DNA from: Candidatus Wolfebacteria bacterium GW2011_GWE2_44_13
GTDB taxonomy: Bacteria > Patescibacteriota > Minisyncoccia > UBA6257 > UBA9933
Length of the DNA stretch: 64,000 bases
Assembly: GCA_001000675.1 (NCBI GenBank)
Contig: LCHW01000001.1
Location: 218,294-282,293 of the forward strand
Direction: 5' to 3'
This document shows positions 18,515-27,241 of this stretch, piece after piece. How positions within the stretch are numbered: position 1 is the first letter of the stretch; each line of letters begins with the position of its first letter. The notes beneath the pieces are model-generated. The model saw nothing but the letters and a program-made list of their open reading frames with translations. It did no database searches and was not told where the DNA came from. The position numbers were made by a program, and so were the translations under genes.

Positions 18515-19108
18515 ATGAAAAAAGAAGTATCTATTTTTCTTACCATCGCGGTAGTCGCTGTTATTGGCTATGGTATTGTGCAACTGTTGCCCGATAAAAC
18601 AGATGAGGGTGTGGTTAAAAAACAAGATATGTATGGCAACGCCGAACTTGGCTTTTCGTTTGTGTATCCGACTGGAGCGAACGGGTATGTATTAGAAGAA
18701 CGTGATCCATTAGACATTGAAGATATTGTTGTGCGGACGGTTACACTTATGCGCAGTGAAGATTATGCGAATATAAAAAATATACCTATCGGCAGTGAAG
18801 GACCACCTGTGATTAGTGTAATGGTTGTTAAAAATGATAAAAAACAACCACTCCGAACGTGGGCTGAGTCGGCTATAGCATTTAGTAATATTCATCTCAA
18901 AACTACTGACGTTGTTGAAACGACCATTGATGGGGTACAGGCGATTCGTTATATGGCTGACGGACTATATGCGTCGGATACTGTCGTAGTTATACATGGA
19001 GAATATACCTATGTTTTTACCGGACAATTTTTAGATGCACAATCGGACCTTCGAAACGATTTCCAACCATTACTTGATTCTGTGCGCTTTGTTCCAAAAA
19101 CAAATTAA
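18515..19108 (+). CDS. membrane-anchored PsbP/DcrB-like hypothetical protein
   Basis: N-terminal TM, Y.N..LGFSFVYP, F..LLDSVRF C-terminus. Confidence 0.55.
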   Translation: MKKEVSIFLTIAVVAVIGYGIVQLLPDKTDEGVVKKQDMYGNAELGFSFVYPTGANGYVLEERDPLDIEDIVVRTVTLMRSEDYANIKNIPIGSEGPPVISVMVVKNDKKQPLRTWAESAIAFSNIHLKTTDVVETTIDGVQAIRYMADGLYASDTVVVIHGEYTYVFTGQFLDAQSDLRNDFQPLLDSVRFVPKTN

Positions 19109-19120
19109 TTATTTACAACC

Positions 19121-19567
19121 ATGCCTGAAATAACATTTCAAAAAGCGACGATTGAGGATATTGATGCCTTTATCGCGATTGAACAAAAATCTGCACATTC
19201 GTATATGTATTCAAATTGTGCGGATAGGGAAGATGCCGAGGATGAGCTTAAAAATTGCGAGGTGTATTTTATTAAAAAAGATGGTGTGATTGTGGGGAGT
19301 ACAGAATACCAGATCAAAGAGCCCGGACATGCGTACATGAGCGGACTTGTTATCGACCCAGCTTTTCAAGGACAGGGCATTGCGAGAAAGGCGATCGAGT
19401 TTAAGCTTGAACAACTAAAGGACATGAAGCGAATCGATTTAGTAACCCATCCACATAACAGTAAGGTGATATGCATGTACCTTTCGTATGGATTTATTAT
19501 TGAGGCGTGGAAAGATAATTATTATGGCGATGGGCAGCCGAGGCTTGTGCTGGCGCTTAATCGATAA
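19121..19567 (+). CDS. GNAT family acetyltransferase
   Basis: VIDPAFQGQGIA motif A, N....MY.SYGF motif B. Confidence 0.9.
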   Translation: MPEITFQKATIEDIDAFIAIEQKSAHSYMYSNCADREDAEDELKNCEVYFIKKDGVIVGSTEYQIKEPGHAYMSGLVIDPAFQGQGIARKAIEFKLEQLKDMKRIDLVTHPHNSKVICMYLSYGFIIEAWKDNYYGDGQPRLVLALNR

Positions 19568-19598
19568 TAAAAAAACCGTCTGAAACGGTTTTTTTATT
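19566..19598. terminator. bidirectional terminator
   Basis: aataaaaaaaccgt-ctgaa-acggtttttttatt. Confidence 0.75.
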
Positions 19599-20052
19599 AT
19601 GCGATTTTTAGTATTTCAAATTCGCGTTCTTTTGTGCCGACCATTCCTTTTGCGCGTTGTCCCACTGCCTTATTAAGAAAAAGTGCCCCTAGTGGAGATG
19701 CGTATGAAAGGGTCTGTTCTGTAAAGGTGATATGACTTCCGATGCGAAATGTTTTTTCTTCGCCTGTTTCGCTATCGCGTGCGGTAACGGTATGGCCGAT
19801 TGCTACGGCGGCGTTTGTTTTGGGGATAGCGATTATCGTGGCATTTCTGCGAATATGCTCAAGGTCTTGCAAGCGTTGCTCCAATAATCGTGCCTGTTGC
19901 TGGGCATTTTCAAAAGGGAAGTTATCGTGCCATGTTTCAGAAGATTGCGTTACGGCATTGCGCAATTCTGCTCCCGTTTCCTGTAATTTCACAATGGTTT
20001 CTTCGATATATGACTCAAGTATTTTTAGATCGTCTTCGAGAAAATAAGGCAT
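19597..20052 (-). CDS. GreA/GreB-family factor (divergent)
   Basis: coiled coil with ETWHDNFPFE tip, SYASPLGALFLNKAVG C-domain. Confidence 0.8.
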   Translation of the reverse strand: MPYFLEDDLKILESYIEETIVKLQETGAELRNAVTQSSETWHDNFPFENAQQQARLLEQRLQDLEHIRRNATIIAIPKTNAAVAIGHTVTARDSETGEEKTFRIGSHITFTEQTLSYASPLGALFLNKAVGQRAKGMVGTKEREFEILKIA

Positions 20053-20060
20053 ACCTTTAT

Positions 20061-20263
20061 ATAACGAAGTATGGTCTATAAAGTTACGCTTCGTCGGTGC
20101 TATTGATACGGAAATGAAATACATTTATACAACGAAGTATGACCTATGAAGTCACGCTTCGTCGGTGCCGTGGAAAATAAAACGTCACCGACGCTCTGGC
20201 ACGTTGCACGCTCTTCCGCTCTCCGTATAAACGAATGGAGAGCGTTTCGCTAGCAACGCCCAA
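20061..20263 (-). repeat. multi-stem structured non-coding element, homologous to 54171-54278
   Basis: 14-bp and 16-bp blocks identical to the tRNA-Gly element; last stem tandemly duplicated (20061-20100 and ~20129-20168). Confidence 0.75.
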
Positions 20264-20265
20264 TT

Positions 20266-20291
20266 AAAAAAGGGGCAGCCGAAGCTGCCCC
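20266..20291 (-). terminator. Rho-independent terminator of 3D-domain gene
   Basis: minus strand ggggcagc-ttcg-gctgcccc-tttttt. Confidence 0.85.
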
Positions 20292-20317
20292 ATTACGGTG
20301 CGTGGGGTCCCGTCCCA

Positions 20318-20758
20318 CTAAATCTTGTACATGACAATAGTCTTGTCGCTGCCTCGTCCCCAAGACTCCGCAGCTATTCGTCCAGCATCGCTTTCTCCGA
20401 CAAAAAAGTCAAAGCGGTGTCGGTTCTTGATTGCGCCTCCCTTGTCTTCGACCGTCCAAATGCCGAAGGATTTACCGTCTATGAAGACTCGGAACTTCGT
20501 GCCTACCGGATGGTAGGTTAAGTCGGCCGCGAGGTACCCAATGCGCGCCCGTTTCCCCGAATAGGTGATACCCGTTCCGTTGAGGTGGATATCACCTTGA
20601 TAAGAACCCGTCACATACCTCCGCTGCCCCTTTACGGGCTTATAATATGCGGTTGTGTCTGCGACAATGGGCTGTGGGGAATGTGCTGCCGTTGCGGTGC
20701 TTGTCGTATCTGTATAGCAAAATATTGCCAACAGTAGTACGACAATGTAAATCTTCAT
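20318..20758 (-). CDS. secreted 3D (Asp-Asp-Asp) domain protein
   Basis: signal peptide; TTAYY, LAAD, VEDKGGAIK..RFDFF. Confidence 0.85.
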   Translation of the reverse strand: MKIYIVVLLLAIFCYTDTTSTATAAHSPQPIVADTTAYYKPVKGQRRYVTGSYQGDIHLNGTGITYSGKRARIGYLAADLTYHPVGTKFRVFIDGKSFGIWTVEDKGGAIKNRHRFDFFVGESDAGRIAAESWGRGSDKTIVMYKI

Positions 20759-20848
20759 TTCGTTGACCTCTCTTTCCGTGTGTAGTTGTAAAGGTGCTTA
20801 TATGAAAACAAAAACGGCTCTTGGGGAGCTGTTTTCGTTATTGAATCT

Positions 20849-20877
20849 ACTATAGCAGGGAACGTATTAATTGTCAA
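20849..20877 (-). promoter_or_regulatory. sigma70-type promoter
   Basis: TTGACA-N17-TATAGT on minus strand, overlapping fmt 3' end. Confidence 0.65.
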
Positions 20878-21796
20878 CTTTCTTGATTGAAAGGTGTAAA
20901 TGCATTGGCTTTTTCCCCTCTATCTGGATTCGTTTGATGATAAGGGTGTTTTCCATTGAAACGTCCGCTTCGAGGATTTTGACCCGTTTTTCTTGCCCAA
21001 AGTGCATGTTGCAGAACGATGATGCTATGGTCCACGTCCCTGGCTCTGGATTAAGGGCACGAATCTTGCGTTCAATCTTGAGTGCAATATCACCTCCTTC
21101 TGTCCTTGCCCGCTCTATGTCGTGGATGTCGATAAACGCATCTTCAACGGTGTACTTTTTCGTGAGCGTTGCTTTTTCATGGTCTTGTTCCTTTGGCGTT
21201 ATTTTTCCTGCCACAAAGTCGGGGAGTACCGCAGCTAAGAGTTCGCCACCAATTTCGGAAAGCTTCTTTTCGAGTTGGATATAATTCATTGTCCCGATTT
21301 GCACTGTTTCTTGTGCAACGATTGGACCGTGATCCATTTTTTCATCTATCATAAACAAAGATACTCCGGTAATATCGACTCCATCGATGAGTGTAGTTTG
21401 TAGCGGAGATGCACCTCGATATATAGGAAGGAGTGATGGATGGATACCAATCGTGCCATGTTTTGGAATATCAAGAATGTTTTTCTTGAGTAATTTTCCA
21501 TAAGCGGCTACTACAAAAACATCGGCATCAAATGCCTTTAGTTGTTCTGCGAATGCGTCGTCGAGTACCTCTGGTTGTAAGAGTGGAATGTTAAGGGTTG
21601 GGTCTTGGAGCTGGTGTTCCAATACAAAAAGCTTTATTGCCGGAGGGGTGATAACTTTTTTACGCCCCACGGGTCTATCGGGGTTACATACGATTGCTGC
21701 GGGAATGATGCCGCGGTTGAGGAGTTTTTCGAGTGCATCGGCTGCAAATCCTGGAGTTCCGAAAAATATAAATGTAGGCTGGGAGGCGTTTTCCAT
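20867..21796 (-). CDS. fmt: methionyl-tRNA formyltransferase
   Basis: IFFGTPGFA, PDRPVGRK, HPSLLPIYRGASP, KMDHGP. Confidence 0.95.
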   Translation of the reverse strand: MENASQPTFIFFGTPGFAADALEKLLNRGIIPAAIVCNPDRPVGRKKVITPPAIKLFVLEHQLQDPTLNIPLLQPEVLDDAFAEQLKAFDADVFVVAAYGKLLKKNILDIPKHGTIGIHPSLLPIYRGASPLQTTLIDGVDITGVSLFMIDEKMDHGPIVAQETVQIGTMNYIQLEKKLSEIGGELLAAVLPDFVAGKITPKEQDHEKATLTKKYTVEDAFIDIHDIERARTEGGDIALKIERKIRALNPEPGTWTIASSFCNMHFGQEKRVKILEADVSMENTLIIKRIQIEGKKPMHLHLSIKKVDN

Positions 21797-21838
21797 GTAT
21801 GGCGTTCTTTTCTGTTAATTGTATGGTATCATTATACC

Positions 21839-22276
21839 ATGAAATTTTTCATAGCGTCACCGTGGAAAAATAAGGAGCAGGTAGAGGAGCTTACCCAGGA
21901 ATTGGAGCAATTAGGGCACACTGCATATTCTTATGTGCAGAGCGGATCTAACCTGTTAACAGGAAAGCCTATTGAGGATGAAATGAAGGAATTTAGTCAG
22001 GCATTAACCAATTGGAAGATCGATGATCGCATTGGAAAAATTGCACAGTCTGAAATTCAGGCATTGCGAGAATCTGATATTGTTATTCTGCTCCTCCCTG
22101 CGGGAGATTCCTCGCACATGGAAGCGGGTATCGGATATGGAATGGGAAAGCGAATGGTGTTAATCGGACCAGTTGAAAAACCAGAAATCATCTATACATT
22201 GTTTAATCATGTGTATCTTGATATCAGTTCATTCTTGAAAGCATTTTCATTTGTTGAGCATAAAGATACTGCATAA
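21839..22276 (+). CDS. nucleoside 2-deoxyribosyltransferase-like protein
   Basis: FFIASP N-terminus, ALRESDIVI, SHMEAGIGYG motif. Confidence 0.7.
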   Translation: MKFFIASPWKNKEQVEELTQELEQLGHTAYSYVQSGSNLLTGKPIEDEMKEFSQALTNWKIDDRIGKIAQSEIQALRESDIVILLLPAGDSSHMEAGIGYGMGKRMVLIGPVEKPEIIYTLFNHVYLDISSFLKAFSFVEHKDTA

Positions 22277-22316
22277 AAATACCGCCCCATTGGGCGGTAT
22301 TTTTATGCAGTATCTT
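22263..22316. terminator. bidirectional terminator with 25-bp perfect arms extending into both genes
   Basis: aagatactgcataaaaataccgccc-catt-gggcggtatttttatgcagtatctt. Confidence 0.85.
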
Positions 22317-22830
22317 CTGTGTCAGATTCAACTGTTCCTTCGTGTAGGTTCTGTGCCTTGTCGATAAATACAATTCCGTTGAGATGATCAACTTCGTGTT
22401 GGAACACGCGTGCAATTAATCCAGTCGCGCGTATGGTTACGGCACGTTGGTGTTTATCAAATCCGGTAAGTACGATTTCTTTTGGACGGGTTACTGTGCC
22501 ATACGTATTAGGAACGCTGAGGCAGCCTTCCTCCATGGTAAACTGTTCTTTTGAAGGGCGTTCAATTTTTGGATTGAATATAGCATACCACTTTGGGCGG
22601 CCGTTTCTTTGTGGGATTCCTGCGACAAATAATTGCATGTCGAGCCCTACTTGGTTTGCGCTAAGCCCAACGCCATTTGCACGACGCATAATTGAGCGCA
22701 TGGTATTTACCAGTTCGCGAACTTCCTTCTCTGTATATTTTGAGAAATCAAAATTAGCCGGTCGTTTCCTGAGAAACTTTTCCTCCGACTTGTTGCTTAT
22801 CGTCCAAATTTGCTGATCGCTCGTTATCAT
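22303..22830 (-). CDS. def: peptide deformylase
   Basis: GVGLSANQVG, EGCLS, QHEVDHLNG. Confidence 0.97.
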   Translation of the reverse strand: MITSDQQIWTISNKSEEKFLRKRPANFDFSKYTEKEVRELVNTMRSIMRRANGVGLSANQVGLDMQLFVAGIPQRNGRPKWYAIFNPKIERPSKEQFTMEEGCLSVPNTYGTVTRPKEIVLTGFDKHQRAVTIRATGLIARVFQHEVDHLNGIVFIDKAQNLHEGTVESDTEDTA

Positions 22831-23164
22831 GTTCCTTTTTTATAGGTGGTACCTTTTCTTTGCGTGGTTTCTTTTCTGTCGGTGCTTTTACTCCTTTTGG
22901 TGCTTTGGGTAGGGGGTAGCGCTCGTGCAATACCTTCATAAAATATGCACCTTTGTTCGCTATGCCCTTGCGGTCAGCCGTGTCTTTGGCAATCGACATC
23001 AAAATTGATTCGTCGTGCTGTTTCGCTAGCTTTATATAGAGCGCCTTATGCTTGGCATCTCCGAGTATCTGAGCAAGCTGGAGTCCGATATCTTGAAATT
23101 GCTTATATACATGGGATTTCTTACCCCGTGCCTTTAGTGTTTCTAGATAGTCTTTTGCGAACAT
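22754..23164 (-). CDS. hypothetical basic protein overlapping def start
   Basis: LGD.KHKALYIKLAK...NKGAYF helical motif; 77-bp overlap with def. Confidence 0.6.
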   Translation of the reverse strand: MFAKDYLETLKARGKKSHVYKQFQDIGLQLAQILGDAKHKALYIKLAKQHDESILMSIAKDTADRKGIANKGAYFMKVLHERYPLPKAPKGVKAPTEKKPRKEKVPPIKKEHDNERSANLDDKQQVGGKVSQETTG

Positions 23165-23220
23165 TGACAATAGTATACATTTGTTCTCTAAATTTGTCTA
23201 GGGGCTGTACGGGTAAAATA

Positions 23221-23284
23221 TGTCATTCCCGCGGAGGCGGGAATCCACGGTATTTCATAGATTCCCGCCTCCGCGGGAATGACA
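23221..23284. repeat. paired inverted GTCATTCC REP-like elements (REPIN-like doublet)
   Basis: tgtcattcccgcggaggcgggaatc...gattcccgcctccgcgggaatgaca. Confidence 0.9.
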
Positions 23285-23337
23285 AGGCAGGAGAGGCTAT
23301 TAGAAATCTACAAATAGAAATTGTATACTAAATATAC

Positions 23338-23754
23338 ATGTGGATTGTCTACGCACTACTATCAGCTATTGCAGCGGCGTTTGTCGCTATTTTTGCAAAG
23401 CTTGGATTAAAACAAATTGATACTGTTCTTGCGACGACCGTGCGCTCGATTATTATGGCCGCGTTTCTTGTCGGTGTGAGCTTGTGGTTACGAAAGTTTG
23501 ATGGATTTACGCCTACTTCATGGACAGGGCGTGAGTGGGGATTAATTGTTCTTGCGGGCATTAGCGGTGCAATATCATGGATATTTTATTTTATGGCATT
23601 GCGATCTGCTGATGCATCACGCGTTGCAGCAATTGATCGTACGAGCTTGGTATTTGTTGCATTGCTTGCCGTTGTTATTCTTGGTGAACATTTAACTACC
23701 AAAGCAATTTTAGGAATTGTCTGTATGGTTGTCGGTGCAATTTTGATAATATAA
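23338..23754 (+). CDS. EamA/DMT family small transporter
   Basis: WIVYALLSA..AA..AIFAKLG, ISWIFYF.AL, ILGE. Confidence 0.85.
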   Translation: MWIVYALLSAIAAAFVAIFAKLGLKQIDTVLATTVRSIIMAAFLVGVSLWLRKFDGFTPTSWTGREWGLIVLAGISGAISWIFYFMALRSADASRVAAIDRTSLVFVALLAVVILGEHLTTKAILGIVCMVVGAILII

Positions 23755-23785
23755 AAAAGAGCGGCCCCGAGAAGGGGCCGCTTTT
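23753..23785. terminator. bidirectional terminator
   Basis: aaaaaagagcggcccc-gagaa-ggggccgctttt. Confidence 0.8.
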
Positions 23786-23805
23786 GGTTTATGCGTGGCG
23801 AGGGG

Positions 23806-24222
23806 CTAGTCGCCGGAGTCGTCATCGTTCCATTCGTAGGCCTCCTGAATGGCTTTGTGTAGCGGAGGGAGGTCGAGAATGCGTTTGTCCGTCATGTCCA
23901 CTTCCTCGTATGTTCGAAGTATTCCGTCTTGTTCTTCGGGCTGAAATAAATCGAGCAGCTCTTGTTTGCGGGTATGCCGATAGGGCGAAAACCCTACAAA
24001 CGCTGCCATGATGATCCACTTACTTTCGAAATCATCATGGCAATCGCACTGCTTGATCAATTCCAGGAGTTTTGTTGCAGACGCTTCGGTTCCGACAAGC
24101 GCGATCCATACTGCGGCCGCTGTTGCCGTCGCCTCATCGGTTGCTTCGCTAAAGATCTGCTCGAGTAGCGCCATGCGACTCTCGAGTGCGCGTGCCACGG
24201 CTTGCTCAATTTGAATGTTCAC
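23806..24222 (-). CDS. hypothetical acidic protein (stand-alone ORFan)
   Basis: 138 aa; GTG start with AAAGGAG SD, TTGACA-N17-TATAAA promoter (24270-24298), own terminator. Confidence 0.65.
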   Translation of the reverse strand: MNIQIEQAVARALESRMALLEQIFSEATDEATATAAAVWIALVGTEASATKLLELIKQCDCHDDFESKWIIMAAFVGFSPYRHTRKQELLDLFQPEEQDGILRTYEEVDMTDKRILDLPPLHKAIQEAYEWNDDDSGD

Positions 24223-24330
24223 AATCTGGACTCCTTTCGTTCTGGGGTTAATGGATAATAGCTAGCTTCTTTATATAATACTTTTTTATAGGTGTCAAAA
24301 AAATAACCGCCCGAAGGCGGTTATTTTTGA

Positions 24331-26064
24331 TTAGTCTATGATCACTACATGTGCTTGGGGAGGGGTGCTTTTTTCTTGCTCGGAAAGAACGTAGAAAATG
24401 TTTTTTGCGCGCTGCTTTTCTGGAGTAAACGAATCGGTTATAAACATAACCGTCTGCGTTGACATTGGTAGTCCGCGCACGTCTGTTCCTCCCGCCCGGA
24501 CGAACACATACTTAGGGGTTTCGATAGGAAGTTCGTTGAGCTCGTGTCCAATGTCGACATACTTTTGTGTAAATGCACCGAAGGTGTTTGGATCCTTTGC
24601 CCATTTATGAAAATAGATGAAATATGCTTCTGTAGGAAGGAGTACGAAGAGAATGACTGTAAATATTGTGACAAGTATCTCTTTTACATGTGACCACGTT
24701 GATTCAGGGTCAGCTCCTTTTGCAAACGCTACTAATTTTTCGTAGATCCAAATGCCTCCCGCGCCCGCAAGAATAAATACGGGAGGAATCATAAGAATGG
24801 CGCGTAGTGCATGTGGAATGCCTTCGTTTGAAATGACAACTGGAAGCATTGCTACTAATAGCCATGCAAGCGGGATGAGTCTTGAAAGCGGGGATGGACG
24901 TTCGACAGAAGAAGGAGGCGTCGTGGCATCTATTGGCGTATCTTCATTGAACGCCGTTCCTTTAAATAAATTAAGGAAGAACATCCACGCAACATACACT
25001 GCGGCAATAAATCCGCACAGGAACATGATACCTACTGGCCAGAACAATTCTGCGCGTCCTGCAAGGTTATGGCGCCAGTTCATATCTCCTTGTACATAGA
25101 ACATGCCAATGGTTTTCCCGACGTTCAGCACGAGTTCAACAATAGGATGCTCCATACTGAATATGGAAATCTGGCTCGTGCGACCAAGAAAATCTTCTGG
25201 AGTTGCGATAAAGTGCCACGCAAGGGGAAGTACTGCAAACAGTGCGCATACAACAAAGATGGTAAATGCACGGAGCAGTTCTTTGCGCGCGTCTTTCATA
25301 GCGATATACCAATACATAAACATGGCGACTGGTATGAGTGGCATGATGCGATAGGCAATATAACTATTGAATCCAAGCCCAAATATAAACCCAGCTGCAC
25401 CGGTGAATAACAACGTATAAAGATTCAACCCCCAATAGGTTTTTTCTTTTGGCATAGCAAAAACAGAGGGAGCTCCTAGCTCGAGCTTAACGGTGGTTGC
25501 TTGTTGGCGTGTCTTGAATTCGTCGAGCTTGCGCGCAATCATGAGCGTAAGATACGTGCCCCATGTCATAAAGAAGGGAGCCATGATTGCACGAAATCCG
25601 ATACGTGAAAAGTTGATATGCCAAAAGGATGTTGCAATAAGAAATGCGGCAAGAAGCGCAATCTTTTCGTGGCGCTGCAACGTTGTTTCAAATCCGTCTT
25701 CCTTGTGTGTCTTTCTTGCAGGGAGAAAGAGCTCTCGCGCGAGAAAATATACTCCAAGAACCGTAAAAATTCCAAAGAGTGCGCTTACTCCGCGGAGTGC
25801 TCCAGGTACATTACCAAACAGCGCAATTGAAATCGCTTGAATATTGATAAAGAATCCCTCGCGCCCATTATTCTCAGGATAAAATGTTTTGAATTGTCCT
25901 GTGGATAATGCTTCAAGTGCATTGTTGCCATTCATTGCCTCGTCGGGATAGAGCCCTGGAGGTGTTCCGTTAATATTGTAGAGCCTTAGGAAAGAGGCTA
26001 TAATAATAATACTGAATAGGAGTAATGCAGCTAACCGTTTTGGATTTGTAAATAAGGTTGCCAT
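24331..26064 (-). CDS. GT-C glycosyltransferase (ArnT/PMT_2, family 39/83-like)
   Basis: LRLY...PPGL..DEA motif, WHINFSR, many TM segments. Confidence 0.85.
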   Translation of the reverse strand: MATLFTNPKRLAALLLFSIIIIASFLRLYNINGTPPGLYPDEAMNGNNALEALSTGQFKTFYPENNGREGFFINIQAISIALFGNVPGALRGVSALFGIFTVLGVYFLARELFLPARKTHKEDGFETTLQRHEKIALLAAFLIATSFWHINFSRIGFRAIMAPFFMTWGTYLTLMIARKLDEFKTRQQATTVKLELGAPSVFAMPKEKTYWGLNLYTLLFTGAAGFIFGLGFNSYIAYRIMPLIPVAMFMYWYIAMKDARKELLRAFTIFVVCALFAVLPLAWHFIATPEDFLGRTSQISIFSMEHPIVELVLNVGKTIGMFYVQGDMNWRHNLAGRAELFWPVGIMFLCGFIAAVYVAWMFFLNLFKGTAFNEDTPIDATTPPSSVERPSPLSRLIPLAWLLVAMLPVVISNEGIPHALRAILMIPPVFILAGAGGIWIYEKLVAFAKGADPESTWSHVKEILVTIFTVILFVLLPTEAYFIYFHKWAKDPNTFGAFTQKYVDIGHELNELPIETPKYVFVRAGGTDVRGLPMSTQTVMFITDSFTPEKQRAKNIFYVLSEQEKSTPPQAHVVIID

Positions 26065-26222
26065 ACTTCAGGTGAGTAGATGTAATTAATGAACTGCTTG
26101 ATGATGAGTTTAGTAATACTCACGTTTGCATTACATGTAATTGCGCGTACTCTTATGAATAGTTAGGTTGTTACATATAAGTATATAGGAAGTCATCGTT
26201 TTTTAACATAACACAATTTCTT

Positions 26223-26660
26223 ATGGCAGAAGAAACAACAAACCAAGTTTTAATTTCTCCGGAAAACACAGTTGCAAAAATGCATCCGCATCCTTTTGCA
26301 TATATTACCTATTACCTTGGAGGATTATTTATATTCCTTGTTTCTTATTGGTATGGATATTTGTATACGGCGGTGGGATTGCTCGTAATGATTGTGAGTG
26401 AGCTGCTTCGTCGTGCCGATACATTTTATATTTTAAATGAAGGTGTTGCGCGCAACTTTTCTCTTTTCTCGACGCGCCATATTTTTACGGGATACGATAA
26501 CATTCGTACGGTAACAGTATCACAAGGCCCCATTAATCGTATATTAGGAGTTGGCGATATCACGCTCATCACCTCTGGGCTTGAGGAGGGGACGATTCAA
26601 TTTACTGGGGTTAAGAAACCAGCTGAAGTAGCTAAGCTCATTCAAGACCGTCTTGTATAA
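26223..26660 (+). CDS. bPH_2 (DUF304/YdbS-like) membrane protein
   Basis: two TM then I..V.VSQG.INRILGVGDI.L.TSG. Confidence 0.8.
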   Translation: MAEETTNQVLISPENTVAKMHPHPFAYITYYLGGLFIFLVSYWYGYLYTAVGLLVMIVSELLRRADTFYILNEGVARNFSLFSTRHIFTGYDNIRTVTVSQGPINRILGVGDITLITSGLEEGTIQFTGVKKPAEVAKLIQDRLV

Positions 26661-26677
26661 CGCACACTGTACTATTT

Positions 26678-27091
26678 ATGGATAATCAGAATTTTGAAGC
26701 AGCAACACCAGAGACAAGCCAAATCGAATCGGATCTTAATCGTGTCAAGCAAGCTGTGCATGAACAAACAGGAGGAAGTGCAACGCCCGAAGTAACGGAG
26801 CGCGCGTTGGTGCGTCAGTCGTTGCAACCCATGGTTAATATAGCTAGTACTCCTGCTCCGACGCAGCAGACGCACGCGGCAGCGGATGACGCGATGCTCC
26901 CTGAATATCTAAAGGATGCTTCACCGGAAATAAAAGATCGTGTTGAGCGGCTTGTTGAAGATGCTTTTGCAAATGGCGTTGAGCACGCTGCTATTGCTGC
27001 GCAAGCATTTGGACCGTTTGTTGTAGATGCATTGCATGATGCGCTTTCGGATCGATTTTATGAGGAGTTGCAAAAACGAAAATTCGTCTAA
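26678..27091 (+). CDS. hypothetical protein
   Basis: 137 aa, C-terminal PF.VDALHDAL motif; co-oriented with ATPase gene. Confidence 0.65.
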   Translation: MDNQNFEAATPETSQIESDLNRVKQAVHEQTGGSATPEVTERALVRQSLQPMVNIASTPAPTQQTHAAADDAMLPEYLKDASPEIKDRVERLVEDAFANGVEHAAIAAQAFGPFVVDALHDALSDRFYEELQKRKFV

Positions 27092-27219
27092 TATGCAACA
27101 CATGACACTGGCCGACTACTGTGTTGTGGGTCCCCATTACCTCAGTCGAAGCACTACTGTGCATCTTCCTCGCTAATGCTCCCACGCCTTGTATTCGACT
27201 CAGTCTCATGTGTTGTATA
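27092..27219. repeat. ~128-bp ERIC-like palindromic element
   Basis: TIR tatgcaacacatga/tcatgtgttgtata; 80-bp core 73/80 identical to 33417-33496. Confidence 0.8.
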
Positions 27220-27241
27220 GGTTTGTTAGTATCTTATTTAT

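Noticed and set aside
20061-20168. Two ~40-bp palindromic repeats separated by ~28 bp, resembling a mini CRISPR array
   Set aside because: Only two imperfect copies and no cas genes. They are better explained as a duplicated stem of the structured element.
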